Shown here piece by piece: positions 9,203 to 19,468 of a DNA stretch of 64,000 bases. The notes beneath the pieces were generated by a model. That model did no database searches. It had not been told where the DNA came from and worked only from the letters and a program-made list of their open reading frames with translations. This stretch comes from Candidatus Zixiibacteriota bacterium (GTDB lineage Bacteria > RBG-13-66-14 > B26-G2 > WVWN01). The first letter of the stretch is position 1, and each line of letters opens with the position of its first letter. Position numbers and translations under genes: made by a program. The stretch covers positions 28,812 through 92,811 of the forward strand of contig JASFLY010000010.1 of NCBI GenBank assembly GCA_050117845.1, given 5' to 3'.

Positions 9203-10082
9203 CGAGTTCCCCTTCGATCCACTCGTCCTTATCCTCGTCCTCGCCCACCAGCGGATAGCGAATCTCGCACAGGGCCTTGACGGCGTCGCGGTTGCCGGCC
9301 TCGCCCAAGAGGTCGCACGCCTGGTCGAGGTACCAGTCGATGGCGTCGTTGTCGTCGGCGTCGTCGGGGAAGGTCGTTTTGAGGTAGGCCACGATGCCGG
9401 AGGTGTCGCCGGCGGCGGCCTTTTTCATGACTTCCTTGATGGCGTCCTGCTGCAGTTTCTCGCGGTCCTCGTGGTCCTCGATCATCTCCTCGACGGCGTC
9501 GACGGTGAACTGGTGCGAGGCCGCCATGTGGTCGGTGCCGTACTTCGCGAAGAGCTGGCCGAAATGGGTCGTCGTCTTGAGCGACGTATCCTCTTCCATC
9601 ATCTTGTTGAAGGCGTCGCGGACGCGGTCGTAGTGGTCCATGTCGGAATAGTAGCCGAGGCCCATGACGATGCCCGGCGCTTCGGCCTCGCTAGCGTGCT
9701 GGACCTTGGCGCAGGTCTCGGCGTACTGCTCCAGCGTTACGCCCTCCACCGCCGCGATGTCCGTGCTTTCGGCGGAACCGAACATTTGCTTCGCCGTGTA
9801 GTCGCCGGAAATCTGGCTGTACTTGACCATCATTTCCGCGTCTTTATTGATGACATCGTGCCATTCGGCGATGAGGCCGCAGGCGTGGTAGTTCAGTTCG
9901 CCGTCCTCGTCCATGCACGTGCGGGGGTCCTGGCTGTACTTCTTGAGTATAGCGAGCATTTCGTCCTTGATGTCGAGCGTACCCTCGCTCTCCTCCCATT
10001 TCCGGCGGACGATACCCGCTTCCGCGCTGAAGAGAGCGTATTGTTCCAACGTCAGGCCACTGATGATGAGTTCTTCGCCCAT
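9186..10082 (-). CDS. Hypothetical acidic protein with two G[LV]TLEQYA repeats (DUF6620-like)
   Basis: AAGGAG RBS; ISGLTLEQYALFSAE and VEGVTLEQYAETCAK internal repeats; D/E-rich. Confidence 0.75.
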   Translation of the reverse strand: MGEELIISGLTLEQYALFSAEAGIVRRKWEESEGTLDIKDEMLAILKKYSQDPRTCMDEDGELNYHACGLIAEWHDVINKDAEMMVKYSQISGDYTAKQMFGSAESTDIAAVEGVTLEQYAETCAKVQHASEAEAPGIVMGLGYYSDMDHYDRVRDAFNKMMEEDTSLKTTTHFGQLFAKYGTDHMAASHQFTVDAVEEMIEDHEDREKLQQDAIKEVMKKAAAGDTSGIVAYLKTTFPDDADDNDAIDWYLDQACDLLGEAGNRDAVKALCEIRYPLVGEDEDKDEWIEGELDVRFD

Positions 10083-10199
10083 GGCGTCTCCTTTGGAATT
10101 AAGGGGAAATGACGTCAGGTTACGTTAGCGTTTGCTAAGGTAATAAAAAAGGCGGGGCAAATCAATAGAAAAGCCGACCGCGTATCAATTTAAACGTAT

Positions 10200-10754
10200 T
10201 TACGGTCGGCCGGAGTCCCCGATAATCCACTTGCCTATCAAATCGGGCCCTCGGCCGTAGCGCCGGACGTACTCCCCGGCGACGCGGCTCTTCGGCCTCG
10301 CGGCCGAGGCCGCATCCCCCAGCGTCGCGAAGCCGCCGCGCAACAGGCCCTGGTCCAGCAGGCCGTACCCGCTCCCGTCCCGGTACAGGCACACGACGTG
10401 CGAATCCTTAACGTTCCAGCAGACGTAACTCACGACCCAACTCTCGAGGCCGGCCCGCCGGCAGAGTTCCGCCGAGAGGTAGGCGAAGTCGTCGCAGTCG
10501 CCGTACCGCCGGCCCCAGGTGACCGCCGGCGCCGTAACGAAGTCGACGATGCCCCGCACGGGATCGAGGACGTATTCCACCCGCTCGGCCACGGCCCGGG
10601 CTATCGCTTCCGGGCCGGCCGCGGCGGCGGCCCTCGCCCAGGCGTCGAAACCGGGGCCGGCCTGCCGCCGTACCTTGCGCAGGAACAGCGCGTCGATAAA
10701 AAAAGTAAGCGGCCATTTGAAGGCCGCCGTCCATATCCCGATTAAAAAGCGCAT
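10200..10754 (-). CDS. Transglutaminase-like (Cys-His-Asp) domain protein
   Basis: YGDCDDFAYL, SHVVCLY, LLDQG candidate triad; hydrophobic N-terminus. Confidence 0.7.
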   Translation of the reverse strand: MRFLIGIWTAAFKWPLTFFIDALFLRKVRRQAGPGFDAWARAAAAAGPEAIARAVAERVEYVLDPVRGIVDFVTAPAVTWGRRYGDCDDFAYLSAELCRRAGLESWVVSYVCWNVKDSHVVCLYRDGSGYGLLDQGLLRGGFATLGDAASAARPKSRVAGEYVRRYGRGPDLIGKWIIGDSGRP

Positions 10755-10758
10755 CGCT

Positions 10759-11442
10759 TTAATTCGTGAATCTGTATTTAATCAGCGCGATGAGCGCCGG
10801 AACGCCGTCGAACCAGGTTATCTTCTTCCCCTCGTCGAAGTCGCGGCCGTGGTAGGAGATAGGCATCTCGTAGACGCGGAGTTTCTTCTGTTTGAAAACC
10901 TTGGCGGTTATCTCCGGCTCGAAGTTGAAGCGGTCGGACTTGATTTCGACGCTTTTGATTATCTCGGCGCGGAAGGCCTTGTAGCAGGTCTCCATGTCGG
11001 TGAGCATGGTATCGTACAACAGGTTGGTGACGAAGGTCAGGAACTTGTTGCCGAAGTAGTGGACGACGTTGAAGACGCGGTGGGTTCCCATGAAACGGGA
11101 GCCGTATACGACGTCGGCGAAACCGTCGACTATCGGCTTGATGAGGGTGGGGAATTCCTCGGGGACGTACTCGAGGTCGGCGTCCTGGATGACGATGATG
11201 TCGCCGGTGCACTCCCGGACGCCGGTGCGGATGGCCGCGCCCTTGCCCTGGTTCTTTTCGTGATAATAGGCTTTGACGCCGTCTACGCCGTCCTCGCGCT
11301 TGAGGATGTCCACCGTACCGTCGCTCGAGCCGTCGTCGACGACGACGATTTCGTAGTCGAGCGGTAAAGCGCGACAACGGTCGATTATTTCCTTGACCGT
11401 TTTTTCTTCGTCGTATACCGGGATTATTATCGAAAGCTTCAA
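10759..11442 (-). CDS. Glycosyltransferase family 2 (DPM1-like polyprenol-phosphate glycosyltransferase)
   Basis: LSIIIPVYDE, VVDDGSSDGT, NQGKGAAIRTG, IQDADLEY, VYGSRF, LTDMETCYK, FEPEITAK, EGKKITW. Confidence 0.93.
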   Translation of the reverse strand: MKLSIIIPVYDEEKTVKEIIDRCRALPLDYEIVVVDDGSSDGTVDILKREDGVDGVKAYYHEKNQGKGAAIRTGVRECTGDIIVIQDADLEYVPEEFPTLIKPIVDGFADVVYGSRFMGTHRVFNVVHYFGNKFLTFVTNLLYDTMLTDMETCYKAFRAEIIKSVEIKSDRFNFEPEITAKVFKQKKLRVYEMPISYHGRDFDEGKKITWFDGVPALIALIKYRFTN

Positions 11443-11522
11443 AACGTGCTCCCTGGCGCCGCGGGGCGCCGTTTGGAATTTAGTGCTAAATATAAATTAT
11501 CCGGCGGCCGCGGTCAACGCTT

Positions 11523-11723
11523 TTATTTCCCGCGCTGGCAGCGTATAAAATGCGCTATGGAGCGGTCGTAAGTCCGTTCGGCGGCGTCGTCGAAGTAGCA
11601 GGCGGGGAGTTCGCCCAGCCGCCGGTGGTAGGCGATGCACTCGCAGCACAGGCCTTTGCGGGAACACGGCTCGTAGGTACAGTTGCAAATCTTTAAATTG
11701 TCGTCGAGTCGGCACTCCGCCAT
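11523..11723 (-). CDS. Small Cys-rich protein (DUF6485-like)
   Basis: [29 protein letters not shown]....ELPACYF...ERTYDRS. Confidence 0.82.
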   Translation of the reverse strand: MAECRLDDNLKICNCTYEPCSRKGLCCECIAYHRRLGELPACYFDDAAERTYDRSIAHFIRCQRGK

Positions 11724-11745
11724 GGCGGGCCTCCGTTCTTTCGGG

Positions 11746-11774
11746 TTGTCCGGCGGGTTTTTTTAGCTTATAAT
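11746..11774 (+). promoter_or_regulatory. Sigma70-type promoter directly ahead of the radical SAM start codon (likely leaderless)
   Basis: TTGTCC (11746-51), 17-nt spacer, TATAAT (11769-74); GTG begins after a 6-nt gap. Confidence 0.7.
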
Positions 11775-11780
11775 GCCGGC

Positions 11781-12541
11781 GTGTCGTTCCTGGGGTTGCA
11801 GAAAGGTATAATTTACGGGCCGGTCGCGTCGCGGCGGCTCGGGACGTCGCTGGGCCTCAATATCTCGCCGACGACGGCCCACGTCTGCTCTTTCGACTGC
11901 GTATATTGCCAGTACGGCCCGACGGCCCGACTGGTGACCCCCGGCGAGGGCGGCGTGGACGGCCTGCCTTCGCCCGAGGAGGTGGCCGGTGCCCTCGCGG
12001 CCGCGCTGGAGGGCGGCCCCGCGCCCGATTATATCACCTTTTCGGGAAACGGCGAACCCACCCTGCATCCCGCATTCGCGGAGATAGTCGAGGCCGTGCG
12101 GCCCGTCCGCGGTCGCCTGACCCCGGCCGCCAAAATCGCCGTCCTGTCCAACTCCAGCGCCGTCGGCGACCCGGCCGTCCGGCGGGCCCTGGGCCGCGTG
12201 GATGTTCCCATAATGAAGCTGGACGCGGGTTCCGCCGGCGTCTTCGACGCGGTCAACGTACCGGCGCCGGGAGTTGCCTTCGAGGACGTCGTGGCCGGCC
12301 TCCGGGAGATGGAGGACTTCGTGGTGCAGACCTGCCTCGTGGCGGACGCTCCGGGGAACGCGGACGACGAGGCCGTGGCCGATTACGTCCGGACGATAGG
12401 GGACGTCGGGCCGAGTAGCGTCCAGGTTTATACGACCGACCGGCCCGTGGCCCGGACCGGCGTCGGCATGGTCCCGCGGGAGCGGTTGGCGGCGGTGGCT
12501 CGGAAGGTTTGCGAGGAGGCGGGCGTCCCGGCCGATATATT

Positions 12542-12545
<4 letters not shown>
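11781..12545 (+). CDS. Radical SAM protein (COG0731-like Fe-S oxidoreductase)
   Basis: [27 protein letters not shown] (CxxxCxxC), [18 protein letters not shown]. Confidence 0.9.
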
Positions 12546-13281
<736 letters not shown>

Positions 13282-13282
<1 letters not shown>

Positions 13283-14619
13283 TACGACTCTTCTTCCGTG
13301 GCCGCGCTCGGGTCGAGTCGGACGATGTCGCCGTCGTCGAGCTGGCGCAGCGTTTTATACGGCCCCACTATAATGTTCTCGTCGCCTTTCAGGCCCTTCG
13401 TTATTTCGACGAAGCGGTCTCCCATGATGCCGGTCTCCACCTCGACGAAGCGGGCGCGTTTCACGAACGGCTTCTCGTCCACCAGGACGAAGACGCCCTT
13501 AACGTAATCGGTGCGGAACAACGCCGGTTCGCCGGCGGTTTTTTTCTTCGCGGGTTTCTTCGGCGCCGATTTCGTCTTGTCGCCGGATTTGCGCAACTTC
13601 TCCCATTCCTGCACCGTCTCCCGGGTACGCGTCACGAGGGACTGAATGGGGATCGCGGTTACGTCCTCGGTCTCGGCCGTAATAACGTCGGCCGTCGCCG
13701 TCATCCCCGGCCGGAGCGCCGACGTGTCGCCCCCCAGCAGTACCGTTACCTCGAAGTCGGAGGACGTCTTCTCGTCGGTCGTGAGCGACAGCGTCTCCTT
13801 GGCGCTCGAGGCCACTTCGATGACCTCGCCGCGGAAGACGGTGTCGGGGAAGGCGTCGACGGTCACCGAGGCCGGCTGGCCCAGCCGCACGTCGACGACG
13901 TCCGTCTCGTCGATGTCGCTGACCACCTGCATCGCCGCGAGGTCGGCCACCGTGAGCATTACGGTCCCGGCGGTGTTCAGCGTGCCGACCACCGTGAACT
14001 CGCCCTCCTCGACGTTGAGCGCGGTAACGATGCCGTCCAGCGGGGCGGTGTATACCGTTTTATCGAGGGCGTCCCTGGCCTGGACCAGCGCGGCCCGGGC
14101 CCGGGTCACGTTGTTCATGGCCAGGTCGTATTCGGTGCGGGCGGCCTCGTACTGCGTCCGGGCCAGGTCGTACTGCTCCTTCGATATAAGGTTCTTCTCG
14201 TAGAGGCCCTTCTGCCGGTCGAAGACGTCCTGGGCCGTCTCCCAGCGGGAGTTCGCGAGGTCGAGGCTCTGGATGGCGCTGCGGTAGGCGGCGCCGGCCT
14301 CGTCGCGGCTGGCCCGGTACTGCGTCTGCTCGAGCTGGAGGAGGACGTCGCCCTTGGAGACCGGTTGGCCCTCCTTGATGTAAATATGCGTGACTTCCCC
14401 CATGATATTGGCGGAGACGTCGACGCTCACCCGCGGTTCGACCTCCGCCGGCCCCGAGACGTACGCCGTGATGTCGGTCTTGGTGGGCGTATCCACGCGA
14501 ACCGCCGGGACCTGCTGGCGCTTGGAGTTGATGAGGAGGAAGGGACAGGATACCAACAGAACCCATATTATAATAACTATGGCCCAGCGGATTTTGGTCA
14601 TGCGGAATTTAATCTTCAT
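13282..14619 (-). CDS. MacA-like periplasmic adaptor (membrane fusion protein)
   Basis: N-terminal membrane anchor; lipoyl halves ([30 protein letters not shown]...EEGE), coiled coil, IDETDV..VRLGQ, LRPGMTA, GLKGDE. Confidence 0.92.
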
Positions 14620-15542
14620 GCCTGGCTCCCTTCGGCCGGGACGGCCTCGGGCGCGCCCGGACGCGGAATCTTACCGGCCACAAGCAGTAGTATTAGTATC
14701 GTACCTGTTACGGTTAACGCCACCGACCCTTCGGGTCCGAAGGCTCCGCCGGATAACCAGGCGGCCCCTTTCGGCGCGGCCTCGAATAGCGTCGCGTCGG
14801 TCGCCATGCCGCTGACGCTGAAACCGAGGAGCGGCCCCTCGCCGAAGTTCCAGCCCCAGTGAAATCCGATTGCGAGCCAAAGCGACCCGCTCCGCAAGTA
14901 AATGAGGGCCAGTATAACGCCCGCGAGGGCGACGTTCACGAACGGCAAAACGCCCGCGCCCGGGTTCATCAGGTGCAGGACCGAGAATACGACGGACGTC
15001 AACAGCACGGCGGCGACGCGGCCCCAGGATTCGTCGAGCACCATGACCGGGTAACCGCGAAGGTAAAACTCCTCGGCCGCCGCGAATAAGGCGAATAAGG
15101 CGAGCGGCCCTAAAAGCCGGAGGGCGTCCCCGGCCGCCGGCGGGGCGTAGTGGAACTCGGCGCCTCCCGCCAGAAAGATAGCCGCGCACGTTACGCCGAT
15201 GAACGCGACGCCCCCGGCGAACCCTACGGCCAGGTTCCGCGGCGCGTCCCGGCCCCGCAGGCCGAGCGAACTCAGGGGCCGCCGCCGGTCGAGCCAGCGG
15301 CGGGCGGCCAAAGCGACCCCGACCACCGGAACGAGGACGACGAGGCCCAAGACCGCCAGAAGCCACGGGTTTAACACCAGCGTGACGGGTCCCGGATGAA
15401 CGACTTCCACGCCCAGCACGCGGAAGAGCGCGGCCGTCGCGACCATTAGCAGCAGCGGCACGCCCAGGCCGGCAACGTAGAATAATAGCAGCCGCAACCA
15501 GGCCCGGGGAATCCCGTCTTTATTGATAAAACAGGACTTCAC
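14616..15542 (-). CDS. CPBP (CAAX protease/Abi) family intramembrane metalloprotease
   Basis: Multiple TM helices; EEFYLRGY (EExxxR), FSVLH, HWGWN, GGAFGPEGS. Confidence 0.92.
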   Translation of the reverse strand: MKSCFINKDGIPRAWLRLLLFYVAGLGVPLLLMVATAALFRVLGVEVVHPGPVTLVLNPWLLAVLGLVVLVPVVGVALAARRWLDRRRPLSSLGLRGRDAPRNLAVGFAGGVAFIGVTCAAIFLAGGAEFHYAPPAAGDALRLLGPLALFALFAAAEEFYLRGYPVMVLDESWGRVAAVLLTSVVFSVLHLMNPGAGVLPFVNVALAGVILALIYLRSGSLWLAIGFHWGWNFGEGPLLGFSVSGMATDATLFEAAPKGAAWLSGGAFGPEGSVALTVTGTILILLLVAGKIPRPGAPEAVPAEGSQA

Positions 15543-15543
15543 G

Positions 15544-16845
15544 CTAATGCTCGATTTCGCCCAGGGCCCTCTTCAGGTCGTACTCGGCGACGCGGAAGTC
15601 ATACTCGGCGTCGACGAGCGAGTTGAGCGCTCCCACGCCGAGCGCCTGCGCGTCGGTCAATTCGAGGGTGGAGGCCCCGCCCAACGCGAACAGCTCCTGC
15701 ACCAGGAGGAGTTCCTCCCGGGCGGCGTCGGCCGTCTCTTTTGCGACGACCACGGTCTCGGCCTGCTTTTTATACTCGTAATAGGCCTGCGTTACGTCGA
15801 GGGCCACGGTGTCGTCCAGCCGGTCGTAGGCGGTGCGCGCTACGATGGCGGCGGCCCGGGCCCGGTCGACGTTGGCCTTCGTCTGGAAACCGTCGAACAA
15901 CGACCACGACGCCGCGATGCCGACGATCCATTCGTCGTTGGCGTCCCAGGTGTCGGCGGAGGGGGAGTCGTAGTCGCTCCAGTCGTAGGCCGCGCTCGCG
16001 GCCAGCGTCGGCAGCCACCCGCCGGAAGCGCTACGGACGCCGAGTTCGGCGATGCGTTTCTCCTCGCGGATACGCACGGCGTCGGGCCGCTGCCTCGACG
16101 CGCGGGCGATGAGTTCGTCCAGCGACGGAAGGTCGCCCGGCGGGGCGGGGGCGTCGCCCGGCACGAAGGTCAGGTCCGGGTCGGGCTCCATGCCCACGGT
16201 ATTGAAGAAGGCCAGGCGGGCGGTCTCGACCGCGGCCTCCGCGGAGATGGCGTTTATCTCGTCCGACCCGCGCTGGACCACGGCCCGGAGGTATTCGGCG
16301 CGGGAAATGGCGTCGGCCTCGTACTGGGCCAGCGCGAGTTCCTCGTTCTTGCGGCTGGCCTCCAGCGAGAGGTCGGCGACCTCTTTCAAGCCGGTGGCTT
16401 TCAAGGCCCCGAAGTAAGCCCGGGCCACGTCGACGACGAGGCGTTGCCGCTGCTCGTCGCGGCCCGCGTTGCCCGCCCGGCCGGACGCCCGGCCCGACAA
16501 AACGCCCCATATAAGGCGGCCGCCCGCGAAAATAGGCTGGTCGACGCGGGCCTCCGCGTAGTAATAATGATCCGGAGGGACGTAACCCGGGATCTCGAAG
16601 CCGCCGAATTGCAGCGTTTCTCGGTCGTAATAGCGCGACGCCGAATAGGTCACGCTGGCGTTCGGCATGATGCCGCCCCAGCCCTGGTAGAGGTCGGCCC
16701 GGGCGGAGAGGTACGTGGCCTCCGCGGCGACGGCGGCGGGGCTGCGGTTCAGCGCGAAATCGAGCGCCTCGTCGAGCGTGAGCTCCTCGGCGTAGGCGAC
16801 GGCGGCGAACGCCGTAAGGGCGAACGTAAGTATCGTTTTTTTCAT
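15544..16845 (-). CDS. TolC family outer-membrane efflux protein
   Basis: Start reassigned to MKKTILTFALTAFAAVAYA (signal peptide, AGGAGG upstream); LTLDEAL, QPIFAGG, VARAYF, WSLFDGF, VTQAYY, LELTDAQ repeats. Confidence 0.9.
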   Translation of the reverse strand: MKKTILTFALTAFAAVAYAEELTLDEALDFALNRSPAAVAAEATYLSARADLYQGWGGIMPNASVTYSASRYYDRETLQFGGFEIPGYVPPDHYYYAEARVDQPIFAGGRLIWGVLSGRASGRAGNAGRDEQRQRLVVDVARAYFGALKATGLKEVADLSLEASRKNEELALAQYEADAISRAEYLRAVVQRGSDEINAISAEAAVETARLAFFNTVGMEPDPDLTFVPGDAPAPPGDLPSLDELIARASRQRPDAVRIREEKRIAELGVRSASGGWLPTLAASAAYDWSDYDSPSADTWDANDEWIVGIAASWSLFDGFQTKANVDRARAAAIVARTAYDRLDDTVALDVTQAYYEYKKQAETVVVAKETADAAREELLLVQELFALGGASTLELTDAQALGVGALNSLVDAEYDFRVAEYDLKRALGEIEH

Positions 16846-16880
16846 GATCGTGGGAGTGGCCCTCCTAAGTAATTTACGCC

Positions 16881-16910
16881 ATTTTACCAAAATTGGTTGC
16901 ACGGGGTCAA
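16881..16910 (-). promoter_or_regulatory. Sigma70-type promoter of the TolC export operon
   Basis: Minus strand TTGACC, 18-nt spacer, TAAAAT with extended -10 TG. Confidence 0.55.
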
Positions 16911-17020
16911 GGCAAACCGGAAAAGGGCCTGTTCTATAGAGGCGATCGCTTCCCATATTCTTCCCGTCCAATATAACAATCAGAAGCGGCGGCCTTTATG
17001 GCCGCCGTTCGCACGTCATG

Positions 17021-17206
17021 AAAGGGGCAGACATTCTTACCGGAGACGACGGGAAAAACGAATCAGAAGTGCCACAGACATTTTTATCTGTGAAAAAGGG
17101 AAAATAACTATAAGGGTCACCGGCAGGAATGCCAGTGCCACGGACATTCCTGTCTGCGAAAACGGAAAAAACCGAACCAGCGGTGGCGCAGACATTCTTG
17201 TCTGCG
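17021..17206. repeat. Cluster of REP-like palindromic repeats (consensus GTGGCGCAGACATTCCTGTCTGCG)
   Basis: Copies at about 17022-17045 (decayed), 17069-17092, 17135-17158 and 17183-17206, plus an inverted related unit CACCGGCAGGAATGCCAGTGCCAC at 17118-17141; the same element recurs at 63920-63943. Confidence 0.8.
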
Positions 17207-17232
17207 GAAGCGGTATGCCGGCGGCACACGGC

Positions 17233-17258
17233 AAAGCCGCCCCGAGGGGCGGCTTTTT
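17233..17258. terminator. Intrinsic terminator downstream of porB
   Basis: AAAGCCGCCC-CGAG-GGGCGGCTTT hairpin flanked by A and T runs. Confidence 0.75.
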
Positions 17259-17276
17259 ATTCCGGATTTATTTACG

Positions 17277-18233
17277 TTACTTGGCGTCGTCGCGGCATTC
17301 CCGCGGCGGGAGCTCCCCCGTGTGTATGAGGAGGTCCTCCCACGCCCGGTCCACGTCCGCCTGGATCTCGGCCACGAGTTCGGGGTGGCCGTCGCCCTTG
17401 AAGAGGTGGGAGTAGCGCCCCTGGAACTTGAGCCACTCTTCGATGGGGAGCTTGTTCTTGGGTTTGTAGTTGAGCTTCCAGACGCCGTCGATTATCTCGT
17501 AGAGGGGCCAGAAGCAGGTGTTGGTGGCGATGCGCGTCACTTTGAGCGTGTCCTCGGGCGCGTGGCGCCAGCCGCGGTGACAGGGGGCCAGGATATTGAT
17601 GAACGAGGGGCCGTCGGCGGCGAGGGCCCGTTCCACCTTGCGGGTGAGGTCCATGAAGTTGTGGGGGGCGGCCTGCGCGACGTACGGTATGTGGTGGGCC
17701 GCGACGATGGCGGTGAAGTCCTTGCGCGCCTGCACCTTGCCCGGGACGACCTTGCCCGCGGGCGCGGTAGTGGTCGAGGCGCCCTTGGGCGTGGCGCCGG
17801 AGCGCTGGATGCCGGTGTTCATGTAGGCCTGGTTGTCGTAGCAAATGTAGAGCATTTTATGGCCGCGCTCGAGCGCCCCGGAGAGCGACTGGAGGCCTAT
17901 GTCGTAGGTGCCGCCGTCGCCGCCGAAGGCGATGAAGTGGAAATCGCGGTCCATCCGGCCCTGCTTCTTGAAGGCCCGGTACGCCGTCTCCACGCCGGAC
18001 ACCGTGGCCGCGGCGTTCTCGAAGGCGTTGTGGATCCAGGGAACCTTCCACGAGGTGTAGGGGTAAAGGGTGGTCGCGACCTCGAGACAGCCGGTCGCGT
18101 TGCCCACGACCACCGGCCCGTCCGCGGCGAGCATGACCTGGCGGGCGACGATGCCCGCCCCGCAGCCGGCGCAGAGACGATGGCCGCCGGTGAAGCGTTC
18201 CTCGCGGTGGGAGAGTTCTTTTAGCGTAGTCAT
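17277..18233 (-). CDS. porB: Pyruvate:ferredoxin oxidoreductase beta subunit (TPP-binding)
   Basis: GHRLCAGCG, ATGCLEV, AFENAAA, GGDGGTYDIGLQSLSG, YDNQAYMNTGIQRS, APCHRGW. Confidence 0.95.
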   Translation of the reverse strand: MTTLKELSHREERFTGGHRLCAGCGAGIVARQVMLAADGPVVVGNATGCLEVATTLYPYTSWKVPWIHNAFENAAATVSGVETAYRAFKKQGRMDRDFHFIAFGGDGGTYDIGLQSLSGALERGHKMLYICYDNQAYMNTGIQRSGATPKGASTTTAPAGKVVPGKVQARKDFTAIVAAHHIPYVAQAAPHNFMDLTRKVERALAADGPSFINILAPCHRGWRHAPEDTLKVTRIATNTCFWPLYEIIDGVWKLNYKPKNKLPIEEWLKFQGRYSHLFKGDGHPELVAEIQADVDRAWEDLLIHTGELPPRECRDDAK

Positions 18234-18263
18234 CTATCGCACTCCTTGCGGTGTTAACTCCGT

Positions 18264-19460
18264 TTAACGTACGCCCAGATAGCCGACGTGCCGGTCGATT
18301 TTGCCGGTCTCGGCCACGCGGAAGCCCTCGTCGAACGCTTCTTCCAGAAGGTCGGGGCCGGTGTCGCGGCCGCCGAGGCCGTAGATGAAGTTTAGGACGT
18401 GCGGCCTCTCGGGCACTTCGTACAGCGCGCTGCGCACTTCGCCGAAGGTGGGGGAGCCGAACGCCCCGAAAGAGGCGACGCGGTCGCACACGACGACGCA
18501 CTTCGCGTTTCCGAGGGCGGCGGCGATTTCGGCGTGGGGGAAGGGGCGGAAGTGCCGGAGTTTCATAAGGCCGGCGGCCTTGCCCTGTTCCCGCATAACG
18601 TCGACCGCGTAGCGGGCGGTGCCGGCGGTCGAGCCCAGCGCCACCATGATGACGTCGGCGTCTTCCGTGCGGTAGGTCTCCACCGGGCCGTAGTGCCGGC
18701 CGCTGAGGGCCTCGTACTCGGCCGCGGCCGCGGCGAGCGCCGCCGGAGCGTTCTCCATACCCTCTATCTGCTGGCGTTTGTGTTCGAAGTAGTAGTCGTG
18801 GAAATCGAGCGGCCCGACGGTGAACGGGTCCTTGTCGAGGAGCAGCGCGTAGGAGGGGTTGTAGGGGCCGACGTATTTTTTTACGTCCTCGTCCGAAAGC
18901 GTTTCCACGACTTCCATCGTGTGGCTGATGATGAAGCCGTCGTACGCCACCAGCGCCGGAAGCAGGACGCCGTGGTTTTCCCCGGCCTTCATCGCGATAA
19001 GCAGAAGGTCGTACGCCTCCTGCGGGTTCTCGGCGTAGAGCTGGATCCAGCCGGAGTCGCGGGCGCCCATGGTGTCGGAGTGGTCGCAGTGGATGTTAAT
19101 GGGGCCGGAGAGCGCGCGGTTCACGACCGTCATCGTTATCGGCAGGCGGAGCGACGCGGCGATGTACAGGACCTCCCACATCAGCGCGAAGCCGTTGGCG
19201 GAGGTGGCCGTCATGGTGCGGGCCCCGGCCGCCGCGGAGCCGACGCACGCGCTCATCGCGGAGTGCTCGCTCTCGACGGTTATAAGTTCGGTGTCAACGT
19301 CGCCGTCGTGAACGTACTGCGCGAAGGTCTGCATCAGTTCGGTCTGCGGCGTTATGGGATACGCGGCCACGACGTCCGGGTTTATTTGTTTCATGGCGTA
19401 CGCGCCGGCGTCGTTCCCCGTAAGCGGTATCTTTATAGATGCTTGGGCCGTTTTAGCCAT
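18264..19460 (-). CDS. porA: Pyruvate:ferredoxin oxidoreductase alpha subunit
   Basis: AAYPITPQT, VESEHSAMS, TATSANG, NRALSGPINIHCDHSD, RPFP, YGLGGRD. Confidence 0.95.
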   Translation of the reverse strand: MAKTAQASIKIPLTGNDAGAYAMKQINPDVVAAYPITPQTELMQTFAQYVHDGDVDTELITVESEHSAMSACVGSAAAGARTMTATSANGFALMWEVLYIAASLRLPITMTVVNRALSGPINIHCDHSDTMGARDSGWIQLYAENPQEAYDLLLIAMKAGENHGVLLPALVAYDGFIISHTMEVVETLSDEDVKKYVGPYNPSYALLLDKDPFTVGPLDFHDYYFEHKRQQIEGMENAPAALAAAAAEYEALSGRHYGPVETYRTEDADVIMVALGSTAGTARYAVDVMREQGKAAGLMKLRHFRPFPHAEIAAALGNAKCVVVCDRVASFGAFGSPTFGEVRSALYEVPERPHVLNFIYGLGGRDTGPDLLEEAFDEGFRVAETGKIDRHVGYLGVR

Positions 19461-19468
19461 GTGGCCTC

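Noticed and set aside
11481..11489. CIRCE half-site TAGTGCTAA upstream of the GT2 gene
   Set aside because: The matching left arm is absent and the downstream gene is not a chaperone.
17021..17206. CRISPR array
   Set aside because: Repeats are degenerate, spacing is irregular (47/66/48), one spacer contains an inverted related unit, a dispersed copy lies at 63920, and no cas gene is in the window. A REP-like cluster fits better.
16897..17415. ORFs across the repeat cluster (16897..17415, 16996..17229, 17037..17234, 17129..17329)
   Set aside because: Their repeated peptides (ATDIFIC, ATDIPVC, ADILVC) are translations of the DNA palindromes; no RBS and atypical codon usage.
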